64,000 nucleotides of DNA, taken from Selaginella moellendorffii. Its lineage: Eukaryota > Plantae > Lycopodiophyta. A model generated the notes under the pieces. It was given only the letters and a program-made list of their open reading frames with translations. It was not told where the DNA came from and did no database searches. The first letter of the stretch is position 1, and the number at the start of each line of letters is the position of its first letter. Below, in pieces: positions 1-12,449 of this stretch. A program made the position numbers and the translations under genes. The stretch covers positions 3,601,969 to 3,665,968 of the forward strand of contig NW_003314269.1 in the NCBI RefSeq assembly GCF_000143415.4, read 5' to 3'.

Positions 1-1
1 G

Positions 2-1016
2 ATGCTTGTTGCCAAAGGCATATTTGAAACGGTTACACTTGGCTTTCTCATGGTTGGGCACACTCATGAAAACGTCGATGCCATGTTCAGTCACCTGGCA
101 GAGTCCCTCCGGTGATCCAATGTCCTCACCCTCCCACAACTCTACGATGAATTCCAAAATTGCATCAAAGGCACTGTTGAAGCTGCACTTCTGACAGAGG
201 TTCCAGACTTTAAGGGGTTTGTAAGAGGCTACATCAGGGACGGATCCGAAACGCTGATTGGCCACTCCAAGCCTCTTCAATTTCATTTCAGCATGTGTGA
301 CGGTGCTCCAGTGATGAGGTACAAGATGAGAGAATGGGACACAGTGTGGCTGCCAGTGGACGGCATTGAACTCTTCAAGAGAGATCCCATAACTGGGGAA
401 CCTATGATTCCTCAGGGTTCCCCACGGCCGATGCACCCGGATGGACTCAAAGACCAGGAAAGTATAGTGGCCGAGATTAGACAGCATATTGCCTTCTGGA
501 AGAGGGGGTTGGTGTTTGGTGGAGAATCCTATTTTCAGAGGTGCAAGCCTTTGCTCGAATACTGGGAGAAGATTATATCTGGCCCTGAGTCCTTTTGGCC
601 AGAACCCAAAGCACCAGATAGTAGCGGAACAATGTCCTCTGGAAATGTAGTGACAGATAACAATGTTGAGGATCACTATTGTGGGCCGAGGAACAAGAAG
701 CCGGATTCAGCATTCAATCCAGTACAGGTCTGCAAAGGAATGGTCGTGTTTGCGCTGCATCACTGATGCAGAGGAGGACGTAGAAACTAACTCCTTCAAT
801 GTAACTGTGGAGTGGTTCAAGCCAAGTTCCGGATATACGAAGGATTGCCTAGAAAAGAGATGGGTGCTGAATCCAAGGGATCCCAGCATGAGCATATCGG
901 TGGATAATGTTGTGCATGGTTGGATGCAGAAGCAGAGTGCCACCATCACCTTGCCAGACCATGCAAGAGATGCAGCAAGAGCATTCATAACCCGGGTTCA
1001 AGGTGAGATTCATTAA
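2..1016 (+). pseudogene. Decayed DUF7869-like (putative transposase-related) coding sequence, truncated at the window edge
   Basis: The frame from nt 2 reads MLVAKGIFETVTLGFLMVGHTHENVDAMFSHLAESLR, then an in-frame TGA (113-115), and continues in the same frame into ORF 293-766. It then shifts into the 663-1016 frame. FLxVGHTHExVDxxFS is the motif I associate with DUF7869 proteins. Confidence 0.6.
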
Positions 1017-1049
1017 TATTCCTTTACTAAGTTTCTAATGTATTTTATT

Positions 1050-2460
1050 TCAAGGTGAACAATCCAAATTTGAATCAGAGGAGGCGTGATGGCATGTGGC
1101 CTTATGCCATTCCTAGGTGAGATGATACAAATAACAAGTATAAATTCTTAGTTGTTCTAGCAAATCTTACTTAAAGTTTAAGGTGAACAAGCCGAATATG
1201 AATTCATCGGATTGTTATAACAAATTGCGAGGTGATGGCATGAGGCGATACGCCATTTGAGAGTGGTAGCCATTCCTATATGAGGTGAGTGAAATATTTA
1301 TTAGAAATACCTCATTCAATTGTGCACTTCTAAGTCTTGGTCCACTCAGTACTGTTTGCATGTTTTTATTTTAATTCTTTCTCTAAAATGTTATTTAGCA
1401 TGTGGCTTCATGCCATTGCTCTCCACAATCATGCATTGAATTTTTCTATCCTTGCATAATACTTCTCCATATATATAGCATGTGCGCACATGTGATATGG
1501 TTCATTAGGCCTGATATAGTGTGTGAGGTAAAACAAAGATGATGTGACATATGCATTTACCAATCACACGTGCATAAATCTAATAATATGGCGTGTGGCC
1601 CATATTAATGGCACATAAACCCATATTGTGGGCTTACGTGCTTTATGTACCATCATTCCCTTGCAGCGTGTGTGTTGATTTCCTTTTATAACACAACGAA
1701 CTCCATATTTTAGGGTGAAGAGCGTTCTCATGGCAAGCACAAAATCTGTAAGTGAGGCAGAAAAGGAGACGGAGAAGGAGATAGATGAAGATGTAGAATA
1801 TATAAGTCTTCCAAACTCCCCGTATTATACTCCAGGTGATCATTTTTCTGAACAAACGGCAACATTAACAACTATCGAGAACGCCCCAGTAACGTCAGAG
1901 ACAACAATCCAAAGCAAAACAACTAACCCAGAGAAGGATGATAGTACCGCTAAGAGTACCAAAAAGGAGGTGTCCACTAGCGCTTAGGCTTATAATGGCG
2001 TGTGCCCTCATGCCATTTACTTGATCACCAAATACCTTTTTCCCTTTGCACTAGTATATCTTAATACCGGTCTGAGAAATAGAATGGCATGTGCCCTCAG
2101 GCCTTTTACTAAATCACCTTTGAAAGAAATGCAAGCCTCTATGTCGTAAAAAAAAGGTACTAGAGAAATTCCTTAATAATATGAATGTTATTTTGTTTCA
2201 TGAAAATACACTAAGGGTCAAATGAGTTAAATGACTTCTCCAGACTAGCAATGCCTCTTGCTACACCTTCACAATTAGATTCGTTAGAAAAAGATAACAT
2301 TAAATAATATCTAAATGTTCTCACCATTAAGTTATATGTCTGGCTAATAGGAATGACGTTCATCTTGGAAAGCTCACCACACGCTCAATGAACAAACAAA
2401 TAGTGTGTGCGCGCATGCCATCGCTCTTCTTTAGCTTCAGATTCGGCTTGTTCACCTTGA
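1050..2460. repeat. Dispersed imperfect palindromes (ATGGCRTG...ATGCCAT) and three copies of a ~60-bp unit
   Basis: Palindrome copies lie near 1089, 1235, 1398, 1588, 1995, 2084 and 2401. The unit AAGGTGAACAA-x-CC-x-AAT-x-TGAA...GATGGCATG occurs at ~1051 (+), ~1180 (+) and ~2410-2460 (inverted). Confidence 0.7.
1715..1987 (+). other. S/T/E/K-rich open reading segment, possibly an exon of a TE-associated gene
   Basis: 90-codon low-complexity ORF preceded by a ttttag acceptor-like site and embedded in the palindrome array. No recognisable domain. Confidence 0.25.
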
Positions 2461-2599
2461 CAATGAGATTTATTATACAACCAGATGGACTCAGTCTGGA
2501 CATAAAGTCACCGCGCTAGTCACCATGCCCCAGATATGTCTAGCCTCTGGACAAAAAACATATAATTTCACGTCATTTTCAAATACTTGAAAATTTGTA

Positions 2600-5090
2600 C
2601 CTAGTCCCATTTTACTGAATAAATCCCACTTTAACGAAATAGAGCTTCTATAAGGATTAAGTTCACTTTCTCGTAATGAGATTTTGAAGTTTAAACCGAA
2701 GACATACCTGGAGTATAAAAAAGCAACACAACAAGTTGCCTTTAGTCACTTGCTCATGGAACAATATCAGCAGCTGTATATTGGTACCTTGGACAAGAAT
2801 AAAAACTCTAGGAATAAACAAAGTGATCGAAAACAGAGGGTAGAAGGAAAGTTTTGCCCTAGAGGCTCATAAACAACAATTAACAAATGTGGCGGTTCAT
2901 GACCACTAGCAACTTCTTTTAATCCTAAGCCCTCTATTCCTCTTTCTAGTGGGTAGAAGTAGCAACAACTTGTGAAATTTACCCCTAGCAGAACAGGTAG
3001 TGTGGGTTATTGCTTCCATTATGGAGAGATAGGATATATGTCCTTGAAATGTCTAACCAAATATAAAAGAAGATCTCATGTTAATGTCATGAGGGAAGAT
3101 GGTGATGGTGAAGTTGAAGGGATTGATGAATTGGTCAATGTAGACTATAAGGAAGAGGAGGTGAGTTACTTTTGTTACTTTCCTCAAACTTTTCTTGTAA
3201 TCAATGCAAACACTAATCTATTAACCTATCTAGTAGGTTTTATTTGTGAACACCGAATTTGAGTGATGGTTGACACAAGAGCTAAGTATAGCATGATATC
3301 CAAAGACTTAGTTATATTGTTAAGATTGAATGTTAAGGACTTGCCCATACACTTTTGGTTTGTAGAAGGTGGGCAAGTAGATAGAAGATTTGTGAGTGAT
3401 GTTCCAATAAAAATATCCAAATGGAAAGAAAAAGTGAACTTGGTAGTGTTGAATATACTAAATTTTCAGATGGTGTTTGATATAAATTTTTTCAATAAAT
3501 ATATAAAAGGGATTTATGGTGCTACACAAAGTCACATTATAGGTCAAAAGGACATCTTGATGTGTCCTTCTAGTTACAAAAGCACTCTTCAAAATATTGA
3601 GATGCTAAGTTTTTGATTGCAAAAGCCACTCAAAAAGTAATTAAGAAGAGATGTCAAACCTTTTGGGGTCAAGTGATAGAAACTAAGGGTGATGGTGACT
3701 CTGTTCAAGCTAGTGACGGGGTTAATCTTGTACCAAAGGAAATATTGGAATTGTTAGTGTGAAATCAAGATATCGTTTTGATGGATTTGCTGCCAAAGTT
3801 ATTGCGTAGCTGTGAGGTTGATTATCAAATTAAGGTTATTCTAGGTCTCAAACCACCTACAAAAGCTCCATATTGTTTGCACATCAAAAAGATGGCTGAA
3901 CTCAAGAAGCAACTTATGGAGTTTTTTGACAAAAATCATATTCAACTAAATAAATGATCTTATGGAGCATTGGTCATTTTTGTTATAAAAAAGGATGGTA
4001 CCATGAGGATATGTATTAATTATTGAGTTCTCAACAAAATCATGGTCAAAAACAATTATCCTTTACCTCACATTAATAATTTGTTTGACCAACTCTTAAA
4101 GGCTAAGTATTTTATACGACTTGATTTGTGGTTTAAATATTATCAAATATGGGTAATAGATTAGGATGTGAAGAAGATAACCTTCAAGACTTGGTATAGA
4201 TTCTATGAATTCCTTGTCATGCCATTTGGATTATATAATGCTTTAGCAACATTCAACACAATGATAGAAAGAATATTTAAAGATTATTTGGACACATTTA
4301 TTGTCCTATATATCAATGATGTTTTAATCTTTAATAAAACATTAGAAGATTATTTGAAACACTTGGAGCTAATATTTTAGAAGTTGTATGAACACAAACT
4401 ATATGCTAAGGAAAGTAAATGTGCTTTTAGACAATTATGCGTGAACTTTCTTAAATATATAATTAGTGGTGGCATAATTGAGGTGGATCCAAAAAGGTAG
4501 AAGCAGTAAAGTCTTAGGAAGTCCCAACCACTATATCAAATATTCATTCCTTTCTTGGTTTAGTAGGATACTATCACAAGTTTATTCACAATTTTGTAAG
4601 TATTGCTCTTTCATTAACTAAATTAATGAAGGGTAATATTATATTCATTGGACACCAATTTGTTAATGTGCTTTTGTACGGTTGATAATTCTTATTCTCA
4701 AAATCCTAAATCTTCATAAACCCTTCGAACTCTATTGTGATGCATTTAGCTATGTGATAGATGCCATGTTACGGCAAGATTGTGACAATGCAATTGGTGT
4801 TACACTAAGGCAACACAATTGTCCCATTGCATTTTACTCCAACAAATTAGATAAAACCCAACAAAGATGGCTAGCACACGAAAGAAAAATATTTACTTTT
4901 GTGTCAATATTGGAACATTGAAGATATTATTTAAGTGGACATACCAAGGTTTATACGAATAGTAACAAATTGAGCTACTTTGCTACATAGCCAAAGTTTA
5001 TGCCAAAACAAATTCGTTGGCAAGAGAAACTTGCTAGATTTGATAATGAAATCATTTATAAATTTGGTAAAAACAATATTGGATACGTTG
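2600..5090 (+). mobile_element. Degenerate Ty3/gypsy LTR retrotransposon gag-pol remnant (zinc knuckle, protease, RT, RNase H; no integrase or LTR seen)
   Basis: Decayed knuckle CFHYGEIGYMSLKC (~3010), protease MVDTRAKYSMI (3263), RT YEFLVMPFGLYNALATF...YINDVLIF (4168-4380) and RNase H KPFELYCDAFSY...CPIAFYSNKL (4682-4921). Many stops and frameshifts. Domain order PR-RT-RH is the gypsy order. Confidence 0.9.
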
Positions 5091-5167
5091 AGTCAAAACT
5101 ACCACTTTATTAATTTACATTAATTTGTAATTGCTATTGAAAATGAATATACTTGCTTCTACTGAAT

Positions 5168-6406
5168 TTAGGGATCTTGTCGGCTAGAGATTCGACACAG
5201 CACACGGAATGCACGCGGGATGAGGCAGGCCTTGAGCATTTGTAGCTCTATCGCTCGGTCTTCCTTGAGCACAATCTCCTCCATCGTGTAGCGCGCCCAC
5301 CTTCTCGACCTCCTCCCTTCTGCCGCCTCTAGCAGCATTTCCAGCCACGAGGCGTTGTTCTTGAGCGGCACGAAGCTGAGGTACGTCTTGTAGGCCACCA
5401 CTTCCCCATTCATCTTGATCGGCAGCGACGGCCCTTGCTGCTTCCATCGCCATCCCTCCAGCGTCGTCCTCGATCGCGCCGGCCGGCAGAAGTAATATTT
5501 CGTCCTCGAGAAGAAATATCGCGTTCCAGCTACAAAGACGAACACATCCGTGGTAGAATTCTAGTAGAGTAGAGAGGAACGACAGGATGGAGAGAATTTT
5601 CTTCTCTGTCAGCTCTCCAGTGACTCACCTGGAGAATTTCGCAGGAGCAAAGCCGGATGCATCGCGTAAACATCGGCCTCGGGGATGTGGAAGTCGAGCC
5701 TGGTTCTTGCCTTTTTACGCCGAAGCGCGTCCACGAGGAAGCTATCATCCGACTGGGTCTTGCGAACTCTCTTGTTCCTAGACTCCACTCCTCCGGCTAC
5801 TTCTGGACTCCTCTGGAGTGGATCCATGGTTGGGTGATAGTCCCGGAGCCCCGGAAGTGTGAAGTCGTCGTCGTCATCCACAACTTCGCACTGGAGAAGA
5901 TCTCTAAGAAACCCGGTGAGAGATTTTTCTTTTTCCTCCAAGTTCTTGAAAGGAAGGTGGCTTCTTCACTTACCTTGACGTCCGTGGCGGCATCAACGTC
6001 GATGACCAAGTTGTCCCGGAGAGCCCGCTTAAACGCTGCACGGAACTCCCGGATCCTGGAAGAACAGGCACCGGAGATCGGATCATGAAAGAGAGCAGCG
6101 CTTCTCTTCGTACCTGGCGTTTTCCTGGCGGGCATGTTCTTGACAATTTCCATCGCCGCACTGAAACTTGGTTTCCTGGGCTCGGACATTCACTGGTGGT
6201 GTCGAGGCAGCAACTTTTCCCCACTGCTGCTTTTCTTCTTCCAGCAAGACTCTGGGATCGAGCAGGCTGTTCCAGCATTCGTCTGCGACGATGGCGTCGT
6301 CCATCGAAGCCAGGCAGCCGTCCGTGAAGCTGTAGAAGAAGGCAGCACGCTCGTCTTCCGCAGCAGCGTCAATAGGTGGTGGCGAGGAATCCGTGAAGTT
6401 CTCCAT
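5168..6406 (-). CDS. Atypical NAC-like protein with a divergent NAC domain at the C-terminus (4 predicted exons)
   Basis: Exons 6406-6114, 6055-5974, 5890-5629 and 5529-5168 join in frame through GT-AG introns. Motifs SFLVDALRRKK...IPEADVYAMHP, RYFFSR, WRWKQQG..PI, VVAYKTYLSF, RYTMEE and VLCRI parallel NAC subdomains A-E. The start codon is uncertain, since the ORF is open to 6712. Confidence 0.65.
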
Positions 6407-7329
6407 AGCAGCAGCAGCAGCAGCAGCGCACTGGCTGAGGAGAAAGAGCCCGCTACGATCGAGCTCCTCGCACTGTTGCTGCTCGAGAACCCACTGGACC
6501 TGGAAAGGAGCGGCTTTTTCACTCCAACACCATGGACACTGGCAGCAGCAAGCGCAAGAACAAGCAGCGCATGGCTCGAGCACGCAAACAACAGGAGAAA
6601 GGTGGATGAAGCCGCTGGGAGGAAGAGGAGGAGGAGAGTGATTGTACGAGGACGAGGCGCCGTCGACAACAGCTTGGAGCGAGTAAGAATCATCGGCTGT
6701 GTCGAGAATCATCGCTTCTTCCTGCGAGAATCAAGCGGCGAGAGGGAGAAAAGAGATGCAAGATCGAAGAACTCAAACTTCTTCCGCTACTTGGCGACGA
6801 ACGAGACGAAAACGAGCAAGAAGAACCAAAAGACAACGAGGTAAGCTCGCTTGCTCTTCCATCGTTTTGTGCTTATAGCGCGAAGCTTTGCCAGTCTGCT
6901 TGCGTCGACAGCGACACCGATTTGCCATCATCAACCGGATTTCCAAATGCAACGGACTGGGAAGAGACGCTATCGCAGCTAAAGTAAGAAGAAACAAACT
7001 ATCTTTTTTCCGAGAGCTTATCATTCCCGTACTAAAGTGGCAGGATACCTCCATCCAGCCATGGCTAACTTGGTGGTGGTACGTCCGCCACCCCGCGTAG
7101 GAAGTGGAACTATCGCTTCTCTTTTGTGGTGAGAAGCTTACGTGTGACACGTCGCTCACCGGGTTTCGTCCTTGTTCTCTTAACCGTAGGAGGAGGTTCT
7201 GTGCGCGAAGATTCTCCGAGTGTACGCTGTACCCCACCAAATGTGGCGACATCAATTTGAGGGGGATCTGGCAGTGGATACTTGGTAAAAATGTAACTTG
7301 GTAAGCTCCAGGCTTTCTTTTCTATCCGT

Positions 7330-10260
7330 ATTTGTTCATTACCTAGATGTTACGAGAGAGCACCTGGTTGCTCCAAAAGTCAGGATTCTACGACAAACAC
7401 CAATGCTGCGCACAAAACTTTTTTGCCACATCTGTTCTTTGTTCTTTTCTTAGACTCGTTTTTCATGGTTATTATATTTTTTTAAAAAAAAATCTTCTTG
7501 AAAATAACAAATCTAAACTCAAACTTGATTATAACTTAAAAATGTCTAAGCAAGTGCTTCACTAAAAACTATTTGGCCTCAACAAAATGAAGGAGTTACC
7601 ACCACTTCTGTGCACATTCTCATCATAAAGTAAGCCTTTATCATGCCAAAACAGAAGCAAAAACAAGAATAAAAATAGTAGCCAAGTTGGTGATATTCCC
7701 CTACATTCCTTCACTATATATTGCAACATATGAAATATTACAATATTGATAGGCTTTACGGTCTGTGGAACTCTTGATGATCTCCCATCCAGTATCTTGG
7801 TAGCAGCTGTCTTGTTTTCTTTCACCTTCTTTTGGAGGCTTAGCATTGGAACAAGGTGGCAACAACGGATGATTTTATGTGTGACTTGAGCTACTTCTAT
7901 ATCTGCTTCAAGAATCATTTCAAGAAATCACTAAAAACCAATTTAAACTTTTAAAAGTTTTTAAAAGAAATTATTTATATATATATGCTTATTAAAAATA
8001 CATATTAATATTTATAAACCACAAGTAACAAACTCATAAGCTTATATTATAATAACATAAATTCACAAGAGAATAGCATTATTCTAAAAGAGCCTTTAAA
8101 TGGTTTCAGCCATACACTTTTTGATTTTTGGTTTGTTTAAGCTGGTAAAGGGGCTAATGACTATATTTATAATATGCTTGGATATTTTAGGATATCTATA
8201 TGCTTGTTATCCATTTGGATTAATTTTGTATTTATAATTTATAAACATGTTTACAATTTATAAACTTTTCTAATCACTTTCTAATATATTATAAATTATT
8301 TTACCATTTAATGGTAATACGATTAATCTGATATTTATAAATTCAAGATTTAAAGACTAAAAAAGAAAAAATATAGTTAAAAAGGTAAGGTTAATCGGAC
8401 CCTAAACCAGTCTACTTAGAATTTATTTGCACAAAATAAATATATTAAAAGAATATATCAATTTTCATATCCACCAACATTATCATGTTGTAATATCATT
8501 CTACATATCTTATCTTCATTAGGAATGAAATCTCTTTCAACATTAAATAAGTCAAGATGTTAACTTATTATCTTTTTTTATCTATATTATAAAATGGTAA
8601 CTAATGTCCTTCATAAAAGGAAAAGAAAATATCAATATCTAGCATCAGTTTCTGCTTTATTTACACATCAATTTGTACATTAATTATATGATTACACTAG
8701 TTAACATTTTGTTTAATTAGACTCCATAAATTAACTGGATATTGGTATTCAAACTCTTACCTTATTGCCGTTCACAAAATGCGATAAAATATGAATACAA
8801 AAGCATGAAAAAAATGCAGTATATATGGATTGCCATAGTATTAATTTTATAGAAACCTCATAAATAATTCAGTTTTTTATACTAATACAAGTTTATCTTA
8901 ATAAAAACCTTAACAAATATATATTTTTATTAAAATATATCTAATATTATATTATATTTTTTACTCAACACTTGAATAGGAACAGACGGATTAACTTGTT
9001 CTTATGTGAGATTAACTTGTTCTTATCACCAATACTTTTGTGAAGAAATAAAATAGTCCAATGCTTCACACCAACATTTCTTGAGGCCAAAACTAAATTC
9101 CACAATTTGTGTTAAAGTAATGCTTTGTTTTCTTGTGTATAATAAATATTATTAAAACTTTAATAATATTAGCTAAACTTAAATAATTTACATTAGTAAT
9201 ATTTACAAAAATTTGAGAGAGTGATAGCACAACACAAAAGGTTCTAAATCATTCTGTTTGCTGAAGAGAAAGTTTGGTTTTCCTGCAATACTTGGTTTAA
9301 AACACTCAGAACTTAATAAATGAGCTTTATAGATTTTGGATTTCAACTCTACTATTGTCAATGGAAGGGCTATTTGACTACTTTTTATGTTGCTCTTTGC
9401 ACTTTATTACTAGTGATGGTAGTTACTCATGGATCAGGAAACTCATGGGTATAAAGGAAAAAATATGCAATAAAAAGTTTTAATTTTGTATTTGTTAGAG
9501 TTTCCATTTTTTAATTCTTTTCTTTATTATTTTATCAATAGTTTTATCATCTCAACTTCTCTCAATAATAAACTCTTGACATTTTGAACACTCTGCTTGA
9601 TGGCTTTGCAAATGTTTTTCTTTAACTCTACCAAATCTTGATGCTTTACGGAAGTCATACCAAGTCAATAAATCTTCAGCACCAACAAAGATTTTCTAAT
9701 TTTGAGCTGAAAATTGGTATGTTAACAAAGTTTGATAGTAAATATATGATAAAGTCAATAAACTTAGAAGGAAGAGCTGACTTGTTCTCAACACTGAAAG
9801 ATGTTAGATGAACAACTATGGTAAAAATAGAAAAAACATATCCTGATAACAAATATCTTGAAACTTAGCTAAAGATATATAAGAGATTGAAGAAGCATGA
9901 GATCTAAAATAAATCTAATATCATCAAATAATTATAACAAGATCAATGAAAATGATTTATACGTTGGGTTATAATTTGAATATTCTTAGTAAGTATAGAT
10001 ATTATTTTCAGGTAGCCAAATTATTATTGGTGTTAGGTAAATGGATTGATTCTGTTTTTTATATTTAAATATATATATTTGGGTACAGCACACTTGTATA
10101 TATATATATATATATAGTTTGGGTACAGCACACTTGTGCCCAACTATGAAGCATAAGACTTTACCTGGATGTAATGAGTGAAAATCAAAGAACAACAACG
10201 ACACCAAAGTTTAAGAAGGTTTTACCAAAAATTTTAGCTTAGCTAATTTTAAAACCAAAG
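7330..10260. mobile_element. AT-rich degenerate repeat region, possibly a decayed DNA transposon (hAT-like)
   Basis: Very AT-rich with no intact ORF. It contains a repeat shared with ~61.3 kb, short direct repeats (~8988-9026, ~10070-10137) and faint TTF-zinc-finger-like peptide traces on the minus strand near 9580-9700. Confidence 0.3.
8125..8345 (+). repeat. Dispersed AT-rich repeat, copy 1 (copy 2 at ~61265-61520)
   Basis: Collinear shared blocks: ttttggtttg.ttaagc, aatatgcttggat.ttttaggatat, gattaat.ttgtatttata.tttataaacat, cactttcta.tatatt. Confidence 0.75.
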
Positions 10261-10773
10261 ACTCTAATTATTGCAGTCACGTCCCGACACACTTAGATTC
10301 CAGCCACGTGTTTGCATTTTACCGTTTGCATGGCAGCGTCTCTGCCGTCGATGCCGGCATCGAACGACAATCTGTAGATATCGTCCTAATGGCGTGGCGC
10401 AGCCTGCCCCGTTAGATCCAGTTCCTATTTTATTCTGGTTTACGCTTTTTTTTTTTCTCGTCTAGGGTTCCAGGGATTCACCGCACATTTTTTTTGCCGC
10501 TGTGCCCCCAGGGATCGATCGATGCGGCGTGGCGATGGCGTCGCGCGCTGATCCGTCTTAGCGCTGGATTCGCCCATGTGAACTGCATGCATTCGCGATT
10601 CGAGGTCTTTTTCCACTGAATCCCTGCCTCTTTTTTCGGATCGATGAGAAGCTCCGGCGGCATCCAATCGCGGCTCTAGAAATCCAGCTGCCGGCTACTG
10701 CCACAGGGAAGAATCAATCGCAAATATTATGGGATCATCGTCACTGGCACGGGAATTCTAGGACATTGATGGG

Positions 10774-12260
10774 ATGAAGAAGCCAGCGTTCAATGTCATG
10801 GAAAGAAAGTGGCTTGTCCCATTGCTCGCCAGCTCCCTCGTCTCCATCACGCTCTTCCTGGCGGCCACTTTCAGCGTCGGCGCGAGCTCCTATGGCGCCA
10901 GATCGTCCGTGTTCCATTTGTTCCTCAAGGGCGAGGATCCGGCCGACATGTACGTCGAATCCAAATTGTCACAGGTTCCAGCCTCGGATCTTCCCACGGC
11001 CCCCCGGCTCGCCTACTTGATCTCGGGAACTCGTGGGGATGGGGATCGGATGAAGAGGGTGTTGCAAGCGATCTATCACCCCAGGAACCAGTACTTGCTC
11101 CATCTGGATTTGGAGGCACCTCCCAGGGAGAGAGTGGAGCTGGCCAGATACGTGAAGATGGATCCAACGTTTACGCTGGCCGGGAATGTACATGTTATAG
11201 GGAAGGCTAACTTGGTGACTTATAGAGGCTCGACTATGATCGCATGCACGCTCCACGCCGCCGCGATTCTTCTTCGGCAGAGCAAGGAGTGGGACTGGTT
11301 TATCAATCTCAGTGCTTCCGACTATCCCCTCGTTTCCCAAGATGGTACGTAATTCTCTTTTTTTCTTCTCGTTCCGCGTTCTCCTAGAAAAGTTTTGATT
11401 GCTCTTTTGTTTGGTCTTGCAGATCTTCTCAATGTGTTTTCGTATCTCCCGAGGGATTTAAATTTCTTGGAACATACGAGTGACATCGGCTGGAAAGAGT
11501 AAGGACATGTGCACTGTTGCTATTTTTTTTAGTTTCGGTTGCTCACTAAGATATGAATGAATGACGACTGGCACAGGTTCCAGAGAGCTAAACCAATAAT
11601 CATCGATCCGGGTCTATACATGAACAAAAAGACTGATATATTCTGGGTGACGCAGAGAAGATCAGTTCCGTCGGCGTTTAAACTTTTCACAGGTATGGCG
11701 TTTGTGCAAGTTTCTCTCATGGTATCCGGCATCTTGTCACAGGTTCGGCGTGGGTTGCTTTAACCAGGAATTTCATGGAGTTTTGCATCTGGGGCTGGGA
11801 CAACCTTCCAAGGACAGTGTTGATGTACTATACGAATTTCCTGTCCTCTCCAGAGGGGTATTTCCACACGGTGATCTGCAACAGTCGCGAGTTCCGGAAC
11901 ACGACGGTGAACCACGACCTCCACTACATCACCTGGGACAATCCTCCAAAGCAGCATCCACTCTCGTTAACCGTCAAGGACTTTGACAACATGAACGCGA
12001 GCGGCAGCCCGTTTGGGAGGAAGTTTGACAAGGACGATCCGGTGCTGGACATGATCGACAGCCGGCTGCTGGGGCGGGAGAAGGACCGATTCACTCCTGG
12101 TGGATGGTGCCTGGGCTCGTCGGAAAATGGGAATGATCCTTGCTCGGTTATGGGTGATGCTGACGTTCTGCGGCCTAGTGCAGGAGCAAAGAGACTCGAG
12201 AGCCTGGTTTTGAAGTTATTGGCCCCCGAGGACTTCCGGAAGAACCAATGCGTCCATTGA
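10774..12260 (+). CDS. GlcAT14: GT14 / core-2 I-branching family glycosyltransferase (beta-glucuronosyltransferase GlcAT14-like)
   Basis: Exons 10774-11344, 11423-11498, 11577-11692 and 11743-12260. N-terminal TM anchor, PRLAYLISG, HPRNQYLLHLD, WDWFINLSASDYPL, SSPEGYFHTVICN, WDNPPKQHP and FTPGGWC. Confidence 0.93.
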
Positions 12261-12449
12261 TGGATGTGATTGGCGAGCGACGATGACAACAACAGCATAT
12301 TTTCTCTATCAGCTGGGGTGGCTGTAATATACAGGTCTCAAGTAGGAGGTAGGCTCATATAATTTTTCAGGAGGAAATTTTTTTTTGTCGGAAAACTTCT
12401 TGGGGGGTAACAAGGCTGTTATTCTTTTCTTTGCTTTGCTCTTGTAGTT

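Noticed and set aside
1050-2460. CRISPR-like reading of the palindromic repeats
   Set aside because: Spacing is irregular (about 90-400 bp), the repeats are degenerate, the context is eukaryotic and there are no cas genes.
6134-6844. 236-aa plus-strand ORF
   Set aside because: It is antisense to the spliced NAC-like gene and runs through a GCA microsatellite. No recognisable motifs.
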